A DNA stretch of 32,000 nucleotides from Candidatus Saccharimonadota bacterium (lineage in GTDB: Bacteria; Patescibacteriota; Saccharimonadia; Saccharimonadales; Saccharimonadaceae), in NCBI GenBank assembly GCA_025349965.1, contig CP075337.1, forward strand, positions 630,001 through 662,000, read 5' to 3'. Shown here piece by piece: positions 17,373-25,117 of this stretch. The notes under the pieces are model-generated. The model was not told where the DNA came from and searched no databases. It was given only the letters and a program-made list of their open reading frames with translations. Within the stretch, counting starts at the first letter, position 1. Each line of letters starts with the position of its first letter. A program made the translations under genes and the position numbers.

Positions 17373-17381
17373 TGCTACTAT
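17373..17381 (+). promoter_or_regulatory. Extended -10 promoter TGcTACTAT, 9 nt upstream of ATG 17391
   Basis: Reads aaTGcTACTATagaactactATG. Confidence 0.5.
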
Positions 17382-17390
17382 AGAACTACT

Positions 17391-18047
17391 ATGTATTTTG
17401 AGAGTCGAGCGCACGCTGGTCAAAAACTCGCAGCGGAGCTATTAGAGAAGTACCGCTTCGAGAACTGTGCTGTTGTTGCACTGAGCGATGGTGGCGTTAT
17501 TGTTGGCGAGCAAATTGCAGCCGCACTCCACAGTGTACTCACAATGATTATCGCGGAAGATATTGATATTCCCGGCGAAGGTCTGAGCTTTGGAGGCGTT
17601 TCTCACACCGGTTCTTTTGTACAAAATAGCGAATTCACTAATGATCAAATGCAGGGGTACGTATCCGAATATCATGGATATCTTGAGGAGCAAAAGCGTG
17701 AAGCTTTCCAACGCATTAACCGCCTTCTTGGTGACGGTGGAATTATCGATGCAGAGCTTTTGCGTGACCGTACGGTCATCCTTGTCAGTGATGGCTTTTC
17801 AAACGCAACAATCGTAGATGTCGCCCTCAACTTCCTCAAGCCAATCCGCGTAAATAAGCTCATCGTAGCAGCACCAGTTGCCTCCGAAGAAGTGATTAAC
17901 AAACTTCACATGTCAGCAGATGAACTTCATATTCTTGATGTAAAAACAAACTTTTTTGATACAAACCACTACTATGACGATAATGAAATTCCTTCACGGG
18001 AAGATACCATTAAAAAGATTAATAACATTATTCTTAACTGGAAATAG
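17391..18047 (+). CDS. Phosphoribosyltransferase-fold protein (COG1926-like) with a divergent PRPP loop
   Basis: F.SR..AG..LA..L start, ALSDGGVIVGEQIA, and the PRT-loop position reads VILVSDGFSNATIV. Confidence 0.65.
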   Translation: MYFESRAHAGQKLAAELLEKYRFENCAVVALSDGGVIVGEQIAAALHSVLTMIIAEDIDIPGEGLSFGGVSHTGSFVQNSEFTNDQMQGYVSEYHGYLEEQKREAFQRINRLLGDGGIIDAELLRDRTVILVSDGFSNATIVDVALNFLKPIRVNKLIVAAPVASEEVINKLHMSADELHILDVKTNFFDTNHYYDDNEIPSREDTIKKINNIILNWK

Positions 18048-18079
18048 CAGCACACTTCTGTCAAACTTCTCCACTAACG

Positions 18080-18085
18080 TATAAT
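18080..18085 (+). promoter_or_regulatory. -10 box TATAAT, 7 nt upstream of priA ATG 18093
   Basis: Reads cgTATAATgagtagtATG. The ORF-track ATG at 18084 lies inside the -10 box. Confidence 0.45.
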
Positions 18086-18092
18086 GAGTAGT

Positions 18093-20039
18093 ATGAAGTT
18101 TTTTGAGGTTGCCCCGTTAAAGATTGTTCGTATGGCGAGCGATGTTTTTACGTATCACTCAGAAATACCCGATATGACGGCTGGGCAGATTGTTACTATT
18201 CCCGTTGGCAAGAAGGAGCTTCAAGGATTGATTGTTCGCGAAGTTAAAAAGCCAAGTTATGAAACAAAACCCATTAGTGGAATAATTGAATCCACACCGC
18301 TGCCACAGTCCTTAATAGAGACTGCAGCCTGGCTTGGTGACTACTACACCACCCATCTTGCAACTGTCCTTCAGACCGTGTTGCCGCGAGGATTAGACAA
18401 AAAACGACGCGCTACTACACCCTCGTCCGCCCCTGGTACAATTCGCTCCCGAACAAAAAAAGTACTCAACGAAGACCAATCCAAAGCGGTGACAAAGATC
18501 CTTGAACAAAAAGAAGGCACTACGCTCCTCCAGGGCATCACCGGCTCTGGCAAAACAGAAGTTTACAAAGCACTTGCCAAAGAAGCACTTTCGGAAGGCC
18601 GCTCCGCACTCGTTCTCGTTCCAGAGATTAGCCTCACCAGTCAGCTCGTCGATGAGTTCTCGCACAGCTTTCCAAACACAATTATTACTCACTCGCAAAT
18701 GACCGAAGCGCAGCGACATACCGCTTGGAAACAAGCACTGACATCAACCGAACCACTGATTGTCATCGGGCCACGCTCCGCCCTCTTTATGCCTGTCCCA
18801 AATCTCGGCCTCATCGTGATTGATGAAGCCCACGAGCCAAGCTACAAACAAGAAAGCGCCCCGCGCTACTCCGCGCTTCGCGTTGCCACCGTCCTTGCCC
18901 GCCATGCGCACGCCCGCGCAATTTTTGGAAGCGCCACACCACTCATTGCCGACAGATACGTAGCAGAGATGCGTAAAACTCCCATTGTCACGCTTTCAAA
19001 AAAAGCCCGGACCAACACCAAGCCAACAACTGTCACCGTCGTCAACATGACCAAGCGTGAGCAATTCAAGCAGCACCCCTTCCTGTCGGATACACTCCTC
19101 AAAGAAATCACGCACAACATCAAACACGGCGAGCAAAGCCTCATCTTTCACAATCGCCGCGGCAGTGCCAGCACCACACTTTGCGAAAACTGCGGCTGGA
19201 CTGCAGAATGCGCTCGCTGTTTTGTTCCCTACGTCCTCCATACTGATACGCACACCCTCCAATGTCATATCTGTGGCACCAAAGAACGCATTCCCACCGC
19301 CTGCCCTGTCTGTAATGACGCGAGCATCATTCATAAAGGCATCGGCACAAAGCGCATCGAATCAGAATTACAACGCCTCTTCCCGAATGCAAAAATTGCT
19401 CGTTTTGATTCCGACAACACCAAAGACCAAACCGTCGCCTCGCTCTATGCAGACCTCTATCGTGGTGACATCGACATCATCATCGGTACACAGGTAGTTG
19501 CAAAAGGCCTCGATCTTCCAAAACTTCGTACTGTCGGGGTGATCCAGGCAGATAGCGGCCTCAGCCTCCCCGACTTTGCCGCCAGCGAGCGCGCCTTCCA
19601 GCTCCTCGCCCAAGTTGTGGGGCGCGTGGGTCGTGACGAACGCGCCACCAATGTCATTGTTCAGTCGTATCAACCAGATAGCCCCATTATTAAATTTGGT
19701 GCAGCTCAAGATTATGAAAACTTTTACCAACATGCCTTGGCCGAGCGTAAACGCAGCAATTTCCCACCCTTCCGCTATCTCCTCCAACTTACCAATGTCT
19801 ACAAAACCGAAGCCGCCGCTGTCCGTAACGCTCAAATCCTCGCCCATGAACTTCGCCAAAAACTCCCAAAGACCATTGAAATTCTGGGGCCGACGCCTGC
19901 CTTCTACGAACGTCAACACGACACCTACCGCTGGCAGCTCATCCTCAAAAGCGCCCAGCGCAGTGAACTCACCGAAGCACTCAAACACGTCCCGTCCACT
20001 CACTGGCAAACCGAGCTCGACCCGCAGAGTTTACTTTAG
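18093..20039 (+). CDS. priA: Primosomal protein N' (replication restart helicase PriA)
   Basis: Walker A GITGSGKT, DEAH-type VIDEAHE, and Cys-rich Zn motifs (CENCGW..CARC...CHICG...CPVC). Confidence 0.9.
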   Translation: MKFFEVAPLKIVRMASDVFTYHSEIPDMTAGQIVTIPVGKKELQGLIVREVKKPSYETKPISGIIESTPLPQSLIETAAWLGDYYTTHLATVLQTVLPRGLDKKRRATTPSSAPGTIRSRTKKVLNEDQSKAVTKILEQKEGTTLLQGITGSGKTEVYKALAKEALSEGRSALVLVPEISLTSQLVDEFSHSFPNTIITHSQMTEAQRHTAWKQALTSTEPLIVIGPRSALFMPVPNLGLIVIDEAHEPSYKQESAPRYSALRVATVLARHAHARAIFGSATPLIADRYVAEMRKTPIVTLSKKARTNTKPTTVTVVNMTKREQFKQHPFLSDTLLKEITHNIKHGEQSLIFHNRRGSASTTLCENCGWTAECARCFVPYVLHTDTHTLQCHICGTKERIPTACPVCNDASIIHKGIGTKRIESELQRLFPNAKIARFDSDNTKDQTVASLYADLYRGDIDIIIGTQVVAKGLDLPKLRTVGVIQADSGLSLPDFAASERAFQLLAQVVGRVGRDERATNVIVQSYQPDSPIIKFGAAQDYENFYQHALAERKRSNFPPFRYLLQLTNVYKTEAAAVRNAQILAHELRQKLPKTIEILGPTPAFYERQHDTYRWQLILKSAQRSELTEALKHVPSTHWQTELDPQSLL

Positions 20040-20062
20040 CCCTAGCCACCCCTTACCACCTC

Positions 20063-20071
20063 TGGTATAAT
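20063..20071 (+). promoter_or_regulatory. Extended -10 promoter TGgTATAAT, 8 nt upstream of the def ATG
   Basis: Reads cTGgTATAATggcttgtaATG. Confidence 0.5.
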
Positions 20072-20079
20072 GGCTTGTA

Positions 20080-20661
20080 ATGACAGTGACAAAAGACGAC
20101 ATCATCACCCTGCCAAACGAGCACCTTCGCGAGAAGTCTGCTAAAGTATACGAAATCAACGACGAGGTACTCACGCTCGTAAAAGATATGACCGATGCCG
20201 CCGTGGACTGGGAGGCATCTCGCCCCCACGAAATCAGCGCCGCGCTTGCAGCCGTGCAAATTGACCGCCTTGACCGCGTTGTCATTGTGCGCAGTGACTT
20301 TGATGATAAAAGCAACAATGACTTTACCGCGCTTATCAACCCAGAAATTGTAAAGTACGAAGGCACCATCGTTGAAGATTATGAAGGTTGCCTTAGCGTC
20401 AAAGACGTCTACGGAAAAGTGCCCCGCCACTCTAAAATTCGCGTAAAAGCCATCAACCTCGAAGGCCAAGAAGTGCGTTTTAAGGCAAACGGCTTCCTCG
20501 CCCGTGTCATCCAGCATGAAATCGATCACACGCACGGCATTCTCTTCGTTGACCACATCAAAGAAAACACAGAAGCATTCTATAAACTTGATAAGGACGG
20601 CGAGCTCAAGCCACTTAATTATGAACAAGACATTAAAGACAGTTCTATTCTTTGGGACTGA
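20080..20661 (+). CDS. def: Peptide deformylase
   Basis: EGCLS and QHEIDHTHG metal motifs. Motif 1 is divergent (SAALAAVQ). Confidence 0.9.
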   Translation: MTVTKDDIITLPNEHLREKSAKVYEINDEVLTLVKDMTDAAVDWEASRPHEISAALAAVQIDRLDRVVIVRSDFDDKSNNDFTALINPEIVKYEGTIVEDYEGCLSVKDVYGKVPRHSKIRVKAINLEGQEVRFKANGFLARVIQHEIDHTHGILFVDHIKENTEAFYKLDKDGELKPLNYEQDIKDSSILWD

Positions 20662-21550
20662 TGATTTCAGCGCCATCAGCCTTCGGACGCTCATAGCACA
20701 AGCACCATCGCTTGGAGTTATTATTGGCGGCGTCATCACCAAACCAGATGCCCGCAAAGGGCGTGGCCGAACACTTGAAGCGCCAATTGTAAAAACCATC
20801 GCCGAAGCAGCAGATATTCCCGTCTTCCAACCTAGCAGTAGTGACGAACTCATGGAAGCAATTCTTAAATCTTCCGAAGAACTACCCGAGAAACCACTCG
20901 GTGTCCTTGTTAGCTACGGCCGCATCATCCCCCAGCGCGTCATCGACCTATTTGAACCAGGTATTATTAACGTCCACCCGTCACTCCTGCCACTTTATCG
21001 TGGACCTTCACCCGTTGAAACGGCTATCTGGAATGGTGACGCGCAAACGGGCGTCTCTATCATGCAACTTTCTGCCGCTATGGACGCCGGCCCAGTGTAT
21101 GCGCAAGAAACGATTCAGCTCACTGGTAAAGAAACCGGTCCAGCCCTCCTTCAAGACCTTGGCGAACGCGGCGCAGCATTACTCTGTGACACCCTCCCCG
21201 GTATTCTAGAGGGCACGCTTACCCCCACCCCTCAAGATGATACCGCAGCCACCTACTGCCACCTCCTCGCAAAAGAACAAGCAACCCTCGACCCAACACA
21301 AAACACCGCCGAAGAGATAGACAGACATGTCCGCGCTTTTCTTGATTTTCCCAAAACAAAACTCATCATTAGTGGGCAGCCAATCGTACTCCGTAAGGTA
21401 CACCCTACCGCCACCGAAGACCACAACGCGCTCATACTTACCTGCAAAGACAACACCCTCCTTTGCGTCAAAGAGCTCATTGGCCCCAGTGGCAAGCAAA
21501 TGTCCGGTGAAGCTTTCAAAAACGGCTACATCAAAAAAGAGACCCACTAG
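20621..21550 (+). CDS. fmt: Methionyl-tRNA formyltransferase
   Basis: N-terminus VLFFGTDDFS and the HPSLLPLYRGPSP motif. Start placed at ATG 20621, giving a 41-nt overlap with def. Conserved priA-def-fmt order. Confidence 0.9.
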   Translation: MNKTLKTVLFFGTDDFSAISLRTLIAQAPSLGVIIGGVITKPDARKGRGRTLEAPIVKTIAEAADIPVFQPSSSDELMEAILKSSEELPEKPLGVLVSYGRIIPQRVIDLFEPGIINVHPSLLPLYRGPSPVETAIWNGDAQTGVSIMQLSAAMDAGPVYAQETIQLTGKETGPALLQDLGERGAALLCDTLPGILEGTLTPTPQDDTAATYCHLLAKEQATLDPTQNTAEEIDRHVRAFLDFPKTKLIISGQPIVLRKVHPTATEDHNALILTCKDNTLLCVKELIGPSGKQMSGEAFKNGYIKKETH

Positions 21551-21563
21551 CAGGTCTCTTTTT
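21533..21563. terminator. Bidirectional rho-independent terminator
   Basis: AAAAAA-GAGACC-cactagca-GGTCTC-TTTTT. The fmt stop codon lies in the loop. Confidence 0.7.
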
Positions 21564-21574
21564 CTTATTCCAGC

Positions 21575-22006
21575 CTACGCAGCCGGCGGAGTTCCAAGGA
21601 TCGCATCCCTGTTTGAGATGACTTCTTGCTTTAACGCTTCAAGCGTCTGCGCCACTACGTTGCGGTAATCTGGGCGATTCACCTCAAGCCACTTTGTTGC
21701 GGCATACTCTGCCTTCAAATCGAAATTATCAGCCACAAGCCCAGTTGACTCCTGCATCTTCGCAAAGAGCGGGTCTGCCTCAAGTTGTGGCACTTTTGCC
21801 TGTAGCCATGCATTTACCACCTCTGGCTTACGATCAATAATACCCTCGAACTCTTCGAGCTGCTCATCGCTCATGCCTTCGCTCAAACGCATCCCCACCT
21901 GATACTCAAGTTGCTCATAAATGTGCTGAAGAAATGGCTTTTTCTGCTCGTCAGGAAGATCGGCGAGGCCAATATCTTGTAGAAATTTGTCATCAAGTTG
22001 AAACAT
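21575..22006 (-). CDS. Small acidic helical protein of unknown function (possibly DUF5663-like)
   Basis: 143 aa beginning MFQLDDKFLQDIGLADLPDEQKKPFLQHIYEQLE.... AAGGA SD upstream. The family assignment is from memory and uncertain. Confidence 0.55.
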   Translation of the reverse strand: MFQLDDKFLQDIGLADLPDEQKKPFLQHIYEQLEYQVGMRLSEGMSDEQLEEFEGIIDRKPEVVNAWLQAKVPQLEADPLFAKMQESTGLVADNFDLKAEYAATKWLEVNRPDYRNVVAQTLEALKQEVISNRDAILGTPPAA

Positions 22007-22033
22007 TACGTTTTCCTTTCCGTCTATGCTTTT

Positions 22034-22042
22034 AGTATAGCA
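22034..22042 (-). promoter_or_regulatory. Extended -10 promoter TGcTATACT upstream of the 143-aa gene
   Basis: The minus strand reads cgTGcTATACTaaaagc, followed by a ~27-nt leader with an AAGGA SD. Confidence 0.45.
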
Positions 22043-22051
22043 CGATGGCTA

Positions 22052-23848
22052 TTACAGTCCGAAGCGAGTCTTAATATACTGCTGGGCTTCAAGTGAAAGC
22101 TGGCCAGAGTGAGCGATACGAGTGTCGCCGTATTCGCTATAAAAGTCTTGCGGGAAGTTATTAAGTAGATCCTGGTGAACTGAATACCAGTCCGCCTCAC
22201 TCAAACCAAGACTCTGGAAGAAGGCAATACCACCCTCGCCCGGTTCAATTGCAAAGGAAGGATCAGCCATAATCTCGGGAGCCTCAGGCTCTGGGCGCAT
22301 CTCGCCATCCTGCTGGTCAACAATTTCCTTCACATCATCACCTGTAAAAGGAGTTTCTTGCGGTTCAGTTGACACTTCAGGCTTGGGCGACGCCGCATGG
22401 ACATCACCACTGACTGTGCGGTTCATCCAGCCATCAGTAAGGCCAGAGTCAATCAGTGCGTGCGCAGCAAACCCCACACCGGCACCAAGCGCGATACCAC
22501 CGAGCCCAGCCGCTGCAGAACGGCGACGCTTACGCTGCTCATTGCTTGTATCTTTTTCAAGCTGACTATTAAAATAGGTTTGAGCAGATTCAAAGTCGGC
22601 CGCATCTTTAGCATCTCCTGTCGACTCAACCTCTTCAAGGCCAAGTAGTGCGGTATGCTCACGCTCTGCGCGCGCATCAGCACCAATGTAATCAAGGGCC
22701 TTTTCCTTATGAGACTCGTCAAGTTCCTGAAGACCACGACCTTTTTTGGCATCACTGCGAGCAAAGCCACGGCCAAATCGCGCAGCGCCAGTAATAAGCG
22801 CGGCACTACCAGCGCCAATCGCAGCCACACCGGCAACACCGGCCGCAGCACCGATAGCTGTACCTACCGCAGCGGCAGACACACCTATAAGTGCACCCTT
22901 CGCAATACGCGTTGCGACATTACCACGGTTCATCCATTCAATAACTTTACTTACCTTTGAGTCTTTAATTTGCTCGAGTGATTCCTCGCGAAGGCGCGCC
23001 TGCTCATCAAACAGAAAGGCGATGACCGTCGCATTCTTCTCTGTGGCGCTCAAAGATTCATCTTCAAGGGTCTCGGCAAGCTTTACCTTACCAAGCTTCT
23101 GGATATGTTCATTGTACTCATTTTGGAGGGCTTCGTATTCCCTGCTAAGCTTTCCGCCACTAAGAGTAAAGAGGCGTTGTTGGCGTTTGGCACTCAGAGT
23201 AGCCATCTTTGTACGAAGAGTATCAAGATGAGCTTCGGAGGATTCAATAAAAGGATCTATCGCTTCCAGAGGCACACTGTCATTACCGGCATTCAAATCT
23301 GCAGCCAACTCTTCTTCAACACCATCTTCACTAGTGGTTGTGTCGATGTTAGCCTCTGCGATGCGTCGTTCAAGATGGGTTCCAACAGAAAGGCGCGATT
23401 GAAAGCTTACGGCACGCTCACCCTCCTCATTCGCATCACCGCGGTACCAGTCATGATCAGGAATAACAGAAAACTTTTGCACATCAGCGTAAATACGTTT
23501 GTAGTCATGCGCGTCTTTCGACAGACCACTCCCACCTAGATAGCGCTCTATCACCTCTTCGCGTGCTTTCTTTTCCGCAAAACGAGCCTTTAGCCCGCTA
23601 CCAGCAGCCTGACGAGCGGAATCACCCGCTTCGTTGAGCGCAAGGCGTAACGCCGAAAGGCCATCGACGTCGTACACTTGCTTGAGTGTCGTAAATGGCT
23701 CTTGATTGTAGTACTCCACCCTATTATCAGGTGACTGGTGTATGTCTTCCTGTGAATACTCGTCCTGCTCATTTTGAAGCAGTGCACTCTCAGGAGGGGT
23801 GATATTTTCTGACTGTGTATGTTCTTGGGTGGAAGTGGTGGTTTCCAT
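22052..23848 (-). CDS. Large hypothetical membrane protein with two Gly/Ala-zipper hydrophobic segments
   Basis: 598 aa from ATG 23848 (METTTSTQEH...). Hydrophobic G/A-rich segments at about 22778-22897 (GALIGVSAAAVGTAIGAAAGVAGVAAIGAGSAALITGAA) and about 22451-22516 (AAAGLGGIALGAGVGFAAHALI). No recognised domain. Confidence 0.7.
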   Translation of the reverse strand: METTTSTQEHTQSENITPPESALLQNEQDEYSQEDIHQSPDNRVEYYNQEPFTTLKQVYDVDGLSALRLALNEAGDSARQAAGSGLKARFAEKKAREEVIERYLGGSGLSKDAHDYKRIYADVQKFSVIPDHDWYRGDANEEGERAVSFQSRLSVGTHLERRIAEANIDTTTSEDGVEEELAADLNAGNDSVPLEAIDPFIESSEAHLDTLRTKMATLSAKRQQRLFTLSGGKLSREYEALQNEYNEHIQKLGKVKLAETLEDESLSATEKNATVIAFLFDEQARLREESLEQIKDSKVSKVIEWMNRGNVATRIAKGALIGVSAAAVGTAIGAAAGVAGVAAIGAGSAALITGAARFGRGFARSDAKKGRGLQELDESHKEKALDYIGADARAEREHTALLGLEEVESTGDAKDAADFESAQTYFNSQLEKDTSNEQRKRRRSAAAGLGGIALGAGVGFAAHALIDSGLTDGWMNRTVSGDVHAASPKPEVSTEPQETPFTGDDVKEIVDQQDGEMRPEPEAPEIMADPSFAIEPGEGGIAFFQSLGLSEADWYSVHQDLLNNFPQDFYSEYGDTRIAHSGQLSLEAQQYIKTRFGL

Positions 23849-23857
23849 AATATATAC

Positions 23858-23886
23858 ATAGTAGCACTTATGCTTGTTTTTGTCAA
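23858..23886 (-). promoter_or_regulatory. Near-consensus promoter TTGACA-17-TACTAT (with TGc), 9 nt upstream of ATG 23848
   Basis: -35 at 23881-23886, -10 at 23858-23863, 17-nt spacer, no SD. Confidence 0.65.
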
Positions 23887-23903
23887 GATATACCACAAGC
23901 ATA

Positions 23904-23932
23904 TTGACATAATTGCATATTTATGATAGTAT
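23904..23932 (+). promoter_or_regulatory. Promoter TTGACA-17-TAGTAT (TGa extended -10) reading into the high-GC island
   Basis: -35 at 23904-23909, -10 at 23927-23932. Back-to-back with the minus-strand promoter. Confidence 0.6.
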
Positions 23933-23942
23933 AAGTTCAGTA

Positions 23943-24129
23943 TTCGGACTGCGGTCCGGAAGCCCCTTAAAATACGTGGAATCGCTGCGACATCCGTGAA
24001 TGGGTATCTACCCCCTTTGCAGATGTCGTAGAGATTCTACGACACGCCCTGTTACATAGACAGAGTGCCGGACAATTTAATATAGCAATTTGTTCGGCAC
24101 GAACGCCGACCCTACCGTAAGGAAACACC
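23943..24129 (+). promoter_or_regulatory. Structured ~190-nt 5' leader of the island gene
   Basis: Hairpins: UUCGGAC-UGCG-GUCCGGA (23943-23960), GUCGUAGA-gau-UCUACGAC (24025-24043), and a 14-bp imperfect inverted repeat (24065-24100). SD AAGGAAACACC precedes ATG 24130. Confidence 0.5.
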
Positions 24130-24963
24130 ATGAAGATCAATTTCGATACCGCCGTCGCCGACTTCAACAAGAAGCAGGAAGAGGAGATCAATGAGCTCGG
24201 TGGACAGCTGTTCGCCGCCATCAACGATCTCATCGAGAACGGTGTCCCCGGGCGAAAGCTCGCCCACAGCGAGCAGGTCATGTTCCTCACGAACATGACC
24301 GCGTTCACGAACGATGCCCGCTGTGGCACCAGCAACGGTGCCCTGCCCACCTTCAATGTACCCGCTGCCGCGCCCGCAACGCCAGCTGCCGTCGCCCTCC
24401 CCGCCGGAGGTGCGAACAGCAGCCACGACGCGAGCGAGTCGGCTTCGACCAAGAAGGATCTGGACAGCGCGATGGAGCTGATCTCGGCGCTGGTCGACGG
24501 TGACGACAACGTCATCTACGACCCCAGCACCGACAAGGTGAACATCGAGCAGACCCTCGCCAACGTTCGCGACGCTCGCACGGCCCAGGCCAAGGAGCTG
24601 AACGACCTCAGGCAGAAGCTGCGGGAGGCCGAGGTCGCCAAGGAAGAAGCCTTCCGCGATAAGACCACCGCCGAAACCGCCAAGGCCAGCGCCGAGCGAG
24701 AGCTCGCAGAGGCCAAGTCGGCCGACACGGCGACGAAGGTTCTGCCGGCCAACATGGTCGACAAGGCCGAGGTCGCCAAGATCGGCAAGGAGCTGGCGTC
24801 GAACATGCGTTCGGCGAAGCTCGGCACCGACAAGGTGGTCATCACCCGCGACGACGTCGCAAAGTGGGCCGCCAAGACGGATGAGCTGATCGGCGGAGAG
24901 GTTCTCCAGAAGCTGGTCGGTGCACCGACGGTGCCGTCGCCGGCGATTCACTCGCACTCGTAA
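24130..24963 (+). CDS. Orphan coiled-coil protein, compositionally foreign (high GC, high GC3)
   Basis: 277 aa with nearly all third codon positions G/C. Has a Pro/Ala linker (PAAAPATPAAVALPAGG) and a charged heptad-like region (AKELNDLRQKLREAEVAKEEAFRDKTTAETAKASAERELAEAKSA). SD is present. Antisense ORFs are typical high-GC artefacts. Confidence 0.75.
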   Translation: MKINFDTAVADFNKKQEEEINELGGQLFAAINDLIENGVPGRKLAHSEQVMFLTNMTAFTNDARCGTSNGALPTFNVPAAAPATPAAVALPAGGANSSHDASESASTKKDLDSAMELISALVDGDDNVIYDPSTDKVNIEQTLANVRDARTAQAKELNDLRQKLREAEVAKEEAFRDKTTAETAKASAERELAEAKSADTATKVLPANMVDKAEVAKIGKELASNMRSAKLGTDKVVITRDDVAKWAAKTDELIGGEVLQKLVGAPTVPSPAIHSHS

Positions 24964-25016
24964 CAGGGCACTCCACTGGGTGCACCGCTAGTACACGCTG
25001 AAAAGCTGTGGAACGC

Positions 25017-25041
25017 GGTGCCCCGGTGGCACACCTTTTTT
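25017..25041 (+). terminator. Rho-independent terminator 1 after the island gene
   Basis: GGUGCC-ccggu-GGCACACC followed by TTTTTT. Confidence 0.65.
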
Positions 25042-25053
25042 AGAAATCATCAT

Positions 25054-25077
25054 CCGCACCATTACGTGCGGTTTTTT
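25054..25077 (+). terminator. Rho-independent terminator 2
   Basis: CCGCAC-cattac-GTGCGG followed by TTTTTT. Confidence 0.7.
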
Positions 25078-25083
25078 ATTGCC

Positions 25084-25115
25084 AAAATAAAAGCACCCGT
25101 CACTGGGTGCTTTTT
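25084..25115. terminator. Bidirectional terminator (infB side)
   Basis: AAAATAAAA-GCACCC-gtcact-GGGTGC-TTTTT, immediately after the infB stop codon. Confidence 0.75.
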
Positions 25116-25117
25116 GT

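Noticed and set aside
20053-20853. 266-aa minus-strand ORF across def/fmt
   Set aside because: It is antisense to two strongly supported genes and is a shadow ORF. The same reasoning applies to the ORFs at 19368-20009 and 9323-10012.
23951-23962. GGUCCGGAAG resembling the conserved SRP (4.5S) RNA helix-8 apical sequence
   Set aside because: The match is only about 10 nt. The local fold is a simple 7-bp hairpin with a UGCG loop, and no long SRP-type helix or symmetric-loop motif can be built.
24000-24059. 19-codon upstream ORF in the island leader (MGIYPLCRCRRDSTTRPVT)
   Set aside because: It has no SD and overlaps the 8-bp hairpin. There is no evidence that it is translated.
23967-24957. 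Long minus-strand ORFs (24112-24957, 281 aa; 23967-24515, 182 aa; 24516-24875) antisense to the island gene
   Set aside because: These are stop-free antisense frames, as expected in high-GC DNA. The translations are low-complexity R/G/L/V-rich. The GC3 pattern, the SD and the promoter/terminator geometry all support the plus-strand frame at 24130-24963.
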